Shown here: piece by piece, positions 53,980 to 64,000 of the stretch
Numbering within the stretch: the first letter of the stretch is position 1
How the letters are laid out: every line of letters starts with the position of its first letter
Assembly (NCBI RefSeq): GCF_006345805.1
Contig: NC_043003.1
Span: 16,988,001 to 17,052,000, forward strand
DNA length: 64,000 nucleotides
From: Octopus sinensis
Taxonomy: Eukaryota
Direction: 5' to 3'
The notes under the pieces: generated by a model
What the model saw: the letters and a program-made list of their open reading frames with translations, nothing else
Database searches by the model: none
What the model was told of the DNA's origin: nothing
Position numbers and translations under genes: made by a program

Positions 53980-54047
53980 AATCACAGACCGGCGGTTTCG
54001 CCTATTAACGAATGAATCCCTCGCCCGTAGTGCTCGTCAGTACGATC
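53980..54047 (-). ncRNA. Type-I hammerhead ribozyme (duplicate of 53073-53140)
   Basis: Identical sequence. Confidence 0.75.
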
Positions 54048-54461
54048 TGTACACAAGTAATATAATTTGTAAAACTAACCACCAGTTTTCCGTATAAAAA
54101 CAGACACGTACTTAGTTTCACCGATTACATTGGAGTTAATTTCAAATGTCTGAGTTCTGGCGCGCTAAAAATTCCGGAAACAAAATCCACAGTAAATAAT
54201 TTACTGCAGTTAATGCTGCCTATTAGAGAACATATTTATTTTAACATTTAAATAATGAGGGAGATAAATTGAATTTTAATTTAATTAATATCAATTTAAA
54301 ACCAGTAGCCTAGCATACAAAAATCTGAACAATCAGAGAAATACATTCTAATACATGTGTATATTTAAAGTGCTGAAAAACCACTATGTGGTCAGCCATA
54401 TGCTAGAAGTAGATCATCTGCGATCAAATTACAAAGAAAAGAATGTTCTCTAGAGAAAAAT

Positions 54462-54506
<45 letters not shown>

Positions 54507-55009
54507 ATATATATATAAAACACAGCGGTTCGGCAAAAGACCGACAGAATAAGTACTAACAAAGAATAAGTCCTGGGGTCGATTTGTTCGACTAAAGGCG
54601 TTGTTCCCACATGACCATAGTCAAATGACTGAAACGAGTAAAAGAATAAAAGAATATATATATATATATTTACTCTGTCGTGGATTGCAACCCTCTTTAT
54701 AGACAGTTTTAACCAAAATGCCTTTGCTAATATTTCAGTATATGTAATTATTTGTCGCATGCACAAATATTTAAAGCTTCATTTTACTTTGTACCGACTC
54801 GTCTTCCCTTGCCTCACCGAATTTACCCTAGTGCATGCGCATTCATATTTACGTGCATGCGCATTCATGTTTACATGCATGCATACATATATATATATAA
54901 TTCATTCATGCACGCGCGCAACACACATACGAACGCTCAAACATCGATGTTGCTGTAAACTACTTGAAATTTCGAGGAAGTAGGACACGTCTAATTTATC
55001 GTGTGTGCA

Positions 55010-55112
55010 TACATGTATGTATGTATGTATGTATGTATGTATGTATGTATGTATGTATGTATGTAGTATGTATGTATGTATGTATGTATGCGTGTCAGTG
55101 TGTGTATGGATA

Positions 55113-55148
<36 letters not shown>

Positions 55149-55217
55149 TGTTGTATGTATGTATGTATGTATGTATGTATGTATGTATGTATGCGTGTCA
55201 GTGTGTGTATGGATATA

Positions 55218-55253
<36 letters not shown>

Positions 55254-55309
55254 TGTATGTATGTATGTATGTATGTATGTATGTATGCGTGTTAGTGTGT
55301 GTATGGATA

Positions 55310-55345
<36 letters not shown>

Positions 55346-55370
55346 TTATGTATTATGTATGTATGTATTT
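55010..55370. repeat. (TATG)n microsatellite with a higher-order GCGTGTCAGTGTGTGTATGGATATA unit, three copies
   Basis: Direct reading. Confidence 0.92.
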
Positions 55371-56337
55371 ATAGATAGGTGGATAGACAGATCGACAGAT
55401 AGATTGTTAGACAGATAGACAGGCAGGCAAGCAGATAGAGACAGACAGACAGATAGCTAGCTAGCTGGCTCGCTAGATAGATAGATAAATTGGGAGATAG
55501 ATATGTAGGGAGATAGGTAGACGTTATATATATGTAAAGAGAATAAGAGAGAGTGAAGGAAGAGTGAATGAGTGAAGGGAGATAGAGAGGTGAGTGTGAG
55601 TGAGAGAGATAGTTTAACAGATATGTGTGTGCGCAGAACTTCTGAATACGTTCCGGCAAATCTCTTCACCTGCCTTCTGAACCTTCCTCTAATTATAATT
55701 GCAGCACCGTATGCTAGGTAGGGTGTGTTCCCCAAGTGCTGTATTGTTTACATAAGACACTACATCATATTCATAGGGCGCCGCTTTACCTAACAAGGAT
55801 GAGGAATAGCAACAAAAAAAGTAAAAACGCCTCGGTTATTTAAATGATAACTGACGGTGAAGGAAATAGGAGGTGTTGCAAGCGTAAAGAAGAACCAGTA
55901 CATCATAGCTCGAAGTTTGTCTACATGTGATGAGACCGGATTTATATCTTCATCATCTGAAGAAGTAGCTGTAAAACTTTCATATTTCTCGGATATAACA
56001 TTATCCGAATTACCTTATAAACACAAACATATGTAGTTATAGACACCGTGTTTATAAATGAAACAGAAAATATATGTGGCCTTTAACATTCTTCCTGTTT
56101 TCGTTTTCATCACGGCATGTTATATTATAGTTCCTAAATAGCAATAGCCTACTACGTGTAAAATGGTGTAAAATCTGGAAGTCTTACGTAAGAGTAAATT
56201 ATATTTTGATTGCATGATTGGAGAAGAATTGTGTCAAAGAAAGGAACGAATGAAGGGGAATAAGTTTGGTCAATCATTAATATTGCTCCTTTCTCACTAT
56301 ATGTTTCTGTTAGTCAATATTATATACCCAAGCACTA

Positions 56338-56339
<2 letters not shown>

Positions 56340-56389
<50 letters not shown>

Positions 56390-56394
56390 TTTAA

Positions 56395-56434
<40 letters not shown>

Positions 56435-56499
56435 ATTATTATTAATATTATTATTATTATTATTATTATTTTTAATGTTATTATTATTATTAATATTAA

Positions 56500-56533
<34 letters not shown>

Positions 56534-56627
56534 ATTAATATTATTATTATTATTATTATTAATATTATTATTATTATTATTTTTAATGTTATTATTATTA
56601 TTAATATTATTATTATTATTAATATTA

Positions 56628-56660
<33 letters not shown>
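56340..56660. repeat. (ATT)n microsatellite
   Basis: Direct reading. Inverted counterpart of (AAT)n at 56766-56840. Confidence 0.95.
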
Positions 56661-56665
<5 letters not shown>

Positions 56666-56761
56666 TCACTGACTGGAATCGAACTCGGAATCTTGGGGTT
56701 AGTAGTGGCTAAGAGCACGGGCTACTAACCACAAAATTCCGAATTGGATTCCAGGCAGTGA

Positions 56762-56820
<59 letters not shown>

Positions 56821-57000
56821 TAATAATAATAATAATAACAACAACAACATCGAAAATTACCTTAAGAATGAGAACCCAAGTTCGAAATTTCCCCAAGACA
56901 CCTGAAGAAGGCTGGAGGGTGTATCAGCCGAAATGTTGTGTTAACAACAAACAAGATGAGGACAAATATCCGTCAAATGTAAATAATGTAAATAATGTAT
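56661..57000 (+). mobile_element. tRNA-headed, hammerhead-containing SINE-like element with an inverted 5' duplication
   Basis: Head 56702-56766: GTAGTGGCTAAGAGC, anticodon-like arm GGGCTACTAACC and T-arm. The inverted arm 56661-56705 keeps the B box GAGTTCGATTCC. Then (AAT)n, a hammerhead at 56897-56942 and a tail shared with 28275-28435. Confidence 0.75.
56897..56942 (+). ncRNA. Minimal type-I hammerhead ribozyme
   Basis: GACAC-CTGAAGA-A-GGCTG(gagggtgtat)CAGCC-GAAA-TGTT-GTGTT. Stem I GACAC/GTGTT, stem II 5 bp, GUU triplet. Confidence 0.75.
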
Positions 57001-57429
57001 ACAGGAAGTAGTAGCACTAAGAATTGCATCCATATTGTATAGATTGCTTTCACTTTTCTTAATAATTATTTAGGAACGGAAGAATAATGTCCATAACAAG
57101 AGTCTTCGACATTAGTGGAAGGAATAAAAAGTATTTATCCTTATACAAGAGTCTGGCCTGAATGTTTGCAATAGAGCGATCCAAGGACCAGGAGCTGGTG
57201 CTAAATTGGATAAAACATAAAGTCTACTACTGTCCTACTCAAGAGTGAAAATAATTGTCAAATGCTCTAAGAATCATTGCAGTCCATTGTTGTGGCCTGA
57301 TGCACTTTTTGTTTTATTGCCACTGAAAGAACGAAGAGCAAAGCTGACTTCTGCAGAATTTAAATTCAGGGCAGGGAGATTCTGTTAGATTCTGTTATCG
57401 TAGTTTTTATCAATAATAAAATAATAAAT

Positions 57430-57685
57430 AAATGCGCCCTTTTAAAGCCTAGCCAGGCTCATGGACCCGGTTTCCCGGTTTCAATGGCGTATGTGTTCCC
57501 CAGCTGGACGGGGCGCCAGTCTATCGCAGCGTTGCTCATTTTTGCCAGCTGAGTTGACTGGCAAAATGAAGTGAAATGAAGTGTTTTGCTCAAGAACACA
57601 ACGCGTCGCCCGGTCCAGGAATCGAAACCACAATCTTATGATCATGATGCTGACACCCTAGCCACTAAGCCACGCGCCTCCACTT
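57430..57685 (-). mobile_element. SINE family D with tail i
   Basis: Head as at 22930-23112; tail as at 23470-23775. Confidence 0.9.
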
Positions 57686-58291
57686 TTATTAATTAGCTAT
57701 TATAATATTTGTCTTCTATTTGGACTAGAAATTAAGCGTCATATAAACTTCTTTCGAAGGTATTTGTTGTAGATTTACATTTCTAACGTCATTACGGGTG
57801 TAAATAAACTGAACTAACTCTGACCCAAAATAAAATCGAAACTGCTTCGTAAACATTACTTAATGGAATGTTATCCTTTTCTATAACACTATACTCAAAG
57901 CGTCTGATTTCTGGTAAAGGCACAAGGCTACCCGTTTCGAGAGAAGAGAACAGTCGAGTATTTCGACCCAGTATTTCCGCGGATCATATCATAAAGTACG
58001 ATTTTACTTTATCGACACCGGAAGAAGGAAATGCAAAGTTAACCTCGTCAGGATTTGAATTCATAATGCAAAGAGCGAGAACAAACGCCGAAAGATATTT
58101 TATATCCATTCTAGCAGTCAATTACCATAACTTGAAATTCCATATAAAATGAAATTTCTTACTTGATGGTCCTAAAATATGTTTATGTTAGCCTCGCATT
58201 TATAATTGTTACACTCAATAACGTAAGGATGAATCTATTTGATAAAACATTTTCGATTGAAATACAAATGCTTTTATTAATATACCGCCAT

Positions 58292-58945
58292 GAAGGCGGC
58301 GAACTGGCAGAATCGTCAGCCCGCCGGGCAAAATGCTTAGAGGCATTTCTTTCGCCTTTACGTTCTTAGTTCAAATTCAGCCGAGGTCGACGTTACCTTT
58401 AATCTTTTCACAGTTGATAAAATAAGTACTAGTGAAGCAGAGGGGTCGATGTAATCGACTTACCCTCTCCTCCGAAATTGCTTCTCTTGTGCTAAAATTT
58501 GAATTCAACATACTGTCATGAAAAGTGATGAATGGACAGCGGCGAGCTGGCAGAGTCGTTAGCACGCCGGGCGAAATGCTTAACGGTATTTCGTCTGCCG
58601 TTACGTTCTGAGTTCAAATTTCGCCATGGTCGACTTTGCCTTCCATCATTTCGGGGTCGATTAAAAAAGTACCAGTTACGCACTGGGGTCGATGTAATCG
58701 ATTTAATCCGTTTGTCTGTCCTTGTTTGTCCCTTCTGTGTTTAGCCCCTTGTGGGAAGTAAAGAAATAAGAATTGTTTCTTGAAAGATAATGAATTGACA
58801 GAATTGTTTCTTCCGATTCTTACTTTCAAATACCACCGAGGACAATTTTTCCTTTCTTCCTTCCGGAATTAAAAAAATACAACACCAGTCAAGTACTGGG
58901 TTGATGTAACTCCCTCATCCCAAAATTGCTGGCCATGTGCTTAAA
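58292..58945 (+). mobile_element. Cluster of SINE family B copies
   Basis: Heads at ~58295 and ~58539. Family core present three times. Confidence 0.85.
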
Positions 58946-59540
58946 TTTTTATCGTATTATCAAAGAAGATTTGTTTATAGAAGGCGATCTGTTTTAATCG
59001 TTTATACATTCCATGAAAGTTAATGAATTTGAATAAAAATGGCTTGAATTCTGTATACTGACCCGAAGTAGATATGTAATTTTAAAAACATCTAATCTTA
59101 TGGACTTAATGTAGGGCGTATATCTCAAGTTATCAAGGTGAAACTAATACCGAAGTGACTACAATCTTTGCTTTGTTAGTTGTAGTGAAACTTCGCTTAA
59201 CTTCCCGGCGAGCTAACGATTCTGCCAGCTCATCGCCTTATCTTGGCAATATATTCCAAAACAAATTGAGACTTTCTCTGAATAATATTTATATTTATAA
59301 TAATACTCAGTGCTTTTGATCAGGAATCTTTTAAATGAATATAAAATGGGTTACACTGACTAGTGGGCTATACAACGAAAAAAATAGTGAATAGACTCAA
59401 TAGAGTAAGATTTGGAAATTGTGAAATACCATTCAAATGGTGTTGAAAATATGGAAGTAAACGAATGTATATATTAATAGTATTGAAGATGCTGCTATCT
59501 GATTGATAAAAATGATATTCAAATTGAAGATAACCCAAGT

Positions 59541-60785
59541 ATGTATAATGATTTCATAATGTCGTAAAAAGACTACTTGAATTTCCAGAAATAAAATTGT
59601 AACCGAAACATTCCAAAAATAATATGTATAATGATTTCATAATGTCGTAAAAAGACTACTTGAATTTCCAGAAATAAAATTGTAACCGAAACATTCCAAA
59701 AATAATATGTATAATGATTTCATAATGTCGTAAAAAGACTACTTGAATTTCCAGAAATAAAATTGTAACCGAAACATTCAAAAATAATATGTATAATGAT
59801 TTCATAATGTCGTAAAAAGACTACTTGAATTTCCAGAAATAAAATTGTAACCGAAACATTCCAAAAATAATATGTATAATGATTTCATAATGTCGTAAAA
59901 AGACTACTTGAATTTCCAGAAATAAAATTGTAACCGAAACATTCCAAAAATAATATGTATAATGATTTCATAATGTCGTAAAAAGACTACTTGAATTTCC
60001 AGAATAAAATTGTAACCGAAACATTCCAAAAATAATATGTATAATGATTTCATAATGTCGTAAAAAGACTACTTGAATTTCCAGAAATAAAATTGTAACC
60101 GAAACATTCCAAAAATAATATGTATAATGATTTCATAATGTCGTAAAAAGACTACTTGAATTTCCAGAAATAAAATTGTAACCGAAACATTCCAAAAATA
60201 ATATGTATAATGATTTCATAATGTCGTAAAAAGACTACTTGAATTTCCAGAAATAAAATTGTAACCGAAACATTCCAAAAATAATATGTATAATGATTTC
60301 ATAATGTCGTAAAAAGACTACTTGAATTTCCAGAAATAAAATTGTAACCGAAACATTCCAAAAATAATATGTATAATGATTTCATAATGTCGTAAAAAGA
60401 CTACTTGAATTTCCAGAAATAAAATTGTAACCGAAACATTCCAAAAATAATATGTATAATGATTTCATAATGTCGTAAAAAGACTACTTGAATTTCCAGA
60501 AATAAAATTGTAACCGAAACATTCCAAAAATAATATGTATAATGATTTCATAATGTCGTAAAAAGACTACTTGAATTTCCAGAAATAAAAATGTAACCGA
60601 AACATTCCAAAAATAATATGTATAATGATTTCATAATGTCGTAAAAAGACTACTTGAATTTCCAGAAATAAAATTGTAACCGAAACATTCCAAAAATAAT
60701 ATGTATAATGATTTCATAATGTCGTAAAAAGACTACTTGAATTTCCAGAAATAAAATTGTAACCGAAACATTCCAAAAATAATAT
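59541..60785. repeat. 83-bp minisatellite, ~15 near-identical copies
   Basis: ATGTATAATGATTTCATAATGTCGTAAAAAGACTACTTGAATTTCCAGAAATAAAATTGTAACCGAAACATTCCAAAAATAAT starts at 59541, 59624, 59707 and so on. Confidence 0.97.
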
Positions 60786-62181
60786 TTATATTTATAATAA
60801 TACTTAGTGCTTTGGATCAGGAATCTTTTAATGAATATAAAATGGATTATAGTGACTAGTGAGCTATACAAAGAAAAAAAAGTAAATAGACTCAATAGAG
60901 TAAAATTTGAAGATTGTGAAATACCATTCAAATGTTGTAAACGAATGAAGACATTAATAGTATTGAAGTTGCTGCTATCTGATAAATAAAAATGATATTC
61001 AAACTGAAGATAACCCAAGTATATATAATGATTTCATAATGTTAAAAGACTCTAAATATTTGAATTTCCAGAAATAAAAATGTAACCGAGACATTCCAAT
61101 AATAATATATATATTTATAATAATACTTAGTGCGTTTGATCAGGAATCTTTTAAATGAATATAAAATGGGTTACAGTGACTAGTGGATTTCCTTCTTCCG
61201 CTGTCGAAAAAAATAGTAAAAATACTCTAAATATTTGAATTTCCTGAAATAAAATTGTTACCGAGATATTCATGAATTTCAACAGTCTCAGTTTTGTGCT
61301 GTTTCTTGCAAACGATTGGTAACTGATATACAGTTCTTTGACTTCATTTAGTTATTTAATCAGTTCTAATATAGTTATAATCGATTTACATAATAAAATG
61401 TTAGCTTTAAAATAATTTGCAGCTAAAACTATAATCATGATTATGACCAATGGTTATAAACAAAAGGCAAAATTCAATGGCAGAGATCTGTTTCTTCCTT
61501 AAGAAAGTGAACGCTTAGTGAGGTAAACAGATGAACTGTGATCAAAGGGAGATAATACGAAACTATGCTGAACTGAGCACTGGGTGTCCTTGGATGCGTT
61601 TAGTAAAGTCTACTCTGTTTAAAGCGTTTGGGCCAGACCTGAAGTCTTATTAGAGACTTCAGCCTTTCCTTTCCGACTTGACAGAAGCCTTTGAGCAGGG
61701 TCATAGGCACAGCTGCACTTCCTTTGTTTAAACCATTAGAGAAAGAAAAAAAAAAACTGTAATCATAGAATTTAAAGCATACGTATAAGATTTCCTATTT
61801 TCTAATCGACTTTGTTTTCAAGTATTTCATGGCACGAATTTATATTTATATTTTCAAGTATTTCAGGGTGCGTATTCATAACGCATTCTCAAATAATGTA
61901 TTAGGATTCGGTATTCTAAAACGGTTCCCTAGTCATACAAGAAATATTTGTTTTACGGATGAAAACAACTACACTCGGTTGCACTTTCATAACGACATCC
62001 TTCAAATATCACAGGTTTAACGTAAATCAATCAATGTGAGAAGACGAGTTAAAAGTCCTTTTTCATGAGAAAGTCACAAAAATTGAAACTTCTTTTCCAA
62101 CCCGAATTTATTTAGCTTCAAAGAAATGCTATATCTCAACATTTTCACCGTATCTGATTTTAAATGCATCAGATAGAATAT

Positions 62182-62287
62182 GTACTAGCTACGGCGGTAC
62201 AGATTCTAAAACTGGAAGGATACAGAGAAGATTAGCATGGCCCCAGCACAAGGATGACGCGCAAATTTGTGAAGCGTTCCATATTTC
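62182..62287 (+). pseudogene. U6: U6 snRNA full-length copy (diverged, probable retrocopy)
   Basis: GATACAGAGAAGATTAGCATGGCCCC.GC.CAAGGATGAC.CGCAAATT.GTGAAGCGTTCCATATTT. ACAGAGA box at 62222. Roughly a dozen differences from vertebrate U6. Confidence 0.95.
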
Positions 62288-62288
62288 A

Positions 62289-62686
62289 AGGCACAGAAGT
62301 GGCTGTGTGGTAAGTAGCTTGCTTACCAACCACATGGTTCCGGGTTCAGGCCTACTGCGTGGCACCTTGGGCAAGCGTTTCTACTATAGCCTCGGGCCGA
62401 CCAAAGTCTTTTGAGTGGATTTGGTAGACGGAAACTGAAAGAAGCCCGTCGTATATATGTATATGTACACATGTGTGTGTTTGTGTGTCTGTGTTTGTCC
62501 CCGCAAAATCTCTTGACAACCGATGCTGGTGTGTTTACGTCCCCGTAACTTAGCGTTTCGGCAAAAGAGAACGATAAAATAAGTACTAGGCTAACAAAGA
62601 ATAAGTCCTGGGGTCGACTTGCTCGACTAAAGGCGGTGCTCCAGCATGGCCGCAGTCAAATGACTGAAACAAGTAAAATAGAGTAA
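62289..62686 (+). mobile_element. SINE family A, full length, directly after the U6 copy
   Basis: Starts AGGCACAGAAGTGGCTGTGTGG two bases after the U6 T-run. Confidence 0.93.
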
Positions 62687-63419
62687 TTTCAGAAAGAAAG
62701 AAAAATAGCTGAACTGTTGTTCAAAGTGTTAAAAATTACATAAAGTAATAGACGTAAAAGTTTATTATTACATGTTACTATAACATGTCGGTCAAAATGC
62801 TTTGCGGTATTTCGTTCGTCTTCACGTTCCCAGTTCACTTTCCACCAGGGCCGATTTTGACTTTCATCCTTTCGGGATCGATAAAATGAGCACCCGTTCA
62901 ACATTGGGGTCGACGTAGTCGACTTATCTCTGTCCCCCAAAATTGCTGGTCTTGTGCCAAAATTTGAAATCATTGTTGCATGTTGCTTTTAATTACAAAC
63001 AATGAATTCAAAACAAAGTTTCATTATAGAATATCTATTTTTCTAAAATGCGCCATTATTCTTTAACCAGTTTTTCGTAACATTAACTCAAAGAAGAAGG
63101 AGGAGGATGATGAGGAGGAGCAGGAAGCTGTCTTCAGCGTATTTTTGTAATCTTTCTCAAACTGTGAAAAATAGGGTTCTTTTTCTTTTTGTACATTAAA
63201 AAGATATCAGTATTTCCATAATCTGCATAAGTTATTTATTTTTCCATTCCAGCTTTGATAATTATGAAAGAGCAGCATTGTAATGAAAGCTGGCTGGTTT
63301 TATCCAGTATTTGAAGTCTAGACGAGAAAACAAGAATATAAAAAATATACAGTTACACACACACACACATATATATATATATGTGAATGTGGTTGTGTGT
63401 GTATGTGCGTGTTTGTGAG

Positions 63420-63467
<48 letters not shown>

Positions 63468-63473
<6 letters not shown>

Positions 63474-63840
63474 TGTATAGAGGGCATTATTACACATAAA
63501 TGCCACACGCTAAGAGGGACATAAGTCATTACTACCAAAATTTAACTAATCATACCTAATGCAGCTCCCGAAGCAAGACATTTAAAAACTGAATTCAGTT
63601 TTTTAAATGTCTTGCTTCGGGAGCTGCATTAGGTATGATTAGTTAAATTTTGGTAGTAATGACTTATGTCCCTCTTAGCGTGTGGCATTTATGTGTAATA
63701 ATGCCCTCTATACAATATAAATGAATATTTTCAAGTGAAAAAATTATTTTCGAATTTTTTCTCTTATGAGGTTTTTCAGGCTAACTACCTGATAATTTCT
63801 TGTTAAGATTCCTTATTAAGATTTTATCCTTAATTGTTAA
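63468..63840. repeat. (TA)n-flanked insert containing a 253-bp spacerless palindrome (63468-63720)
   Basis: Arms of ~126 bp centred on GAATTC at 63591-63596, with one A5/T6 indel. Confidence 0.92.
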
Positions 63841-63877
<37 letters not shown>

Positions 63878-63893
63878 ATATAATATATATTAT

Positions 63894-63936
<43 letters not shown>

Positions 63937-64000
63937 TATATTTATATACATACATACACACACACACATGTATATATATAAATGTGTGTGTGTCTCTCTG

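Noticed and set aside
59541-60785. CRISPR array
   Set aside because: Units are contiguous 83-bp copies with no unique spacers. There are no cas genes and the context is eukaryotic.
62140-62287. Functional U6 gene
   Set aside because: It has several substitutions at normally conserved positions, a broken T-run terminator and no convincing PSE/TATA spacing upstream.

Overview
AT-rich eukaryotic non-coding DNA, dense in microsatellites and short repeats. The repeat families suggest a coleoid cephalopod such as Octopus (inference from repeat style, not proven). I cannot support any intact protein-coding gene: nearly all ORF-track entries are translations of (TA)n/(CA)n/(ATC)n/(TATC)n arrays or of SINE sequence. 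The window holds dozens of tRNA-derived SINEs (at least 4 heads, modular tails), several mariner relics, three non-autonomous Helitrons, fragments of Penelope-like (GIY-YIG), R4/Dong-like and HERO-like retrotransposons, a 5S rRNA copy, a U6 snRNA copy and an 83-bp minisatellite. Four signals stand out. (1) A tRNA-headed element (56.66-57.0 kb) carries a minimal hammerhead ribozyme and a Penelope-style inverted end; a second copy of its tail (28.3 kb) starts at the predicted self-cleavage site. (2) A terminally redundant ~542-nt unit with a hammerhead looks retrozyme-like (52.8-54.5 kb), and several other degenerate hammerheads occur elsewhere. (3) Two independent full-length Pol III RNAs (5S, U6) are fused at their 3' oligo(U) end to the first bases of the same SINE family. 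(4) Fold-back insertions recur inside microsatellites. All coordinates were read by eye and may be off by a few bases.
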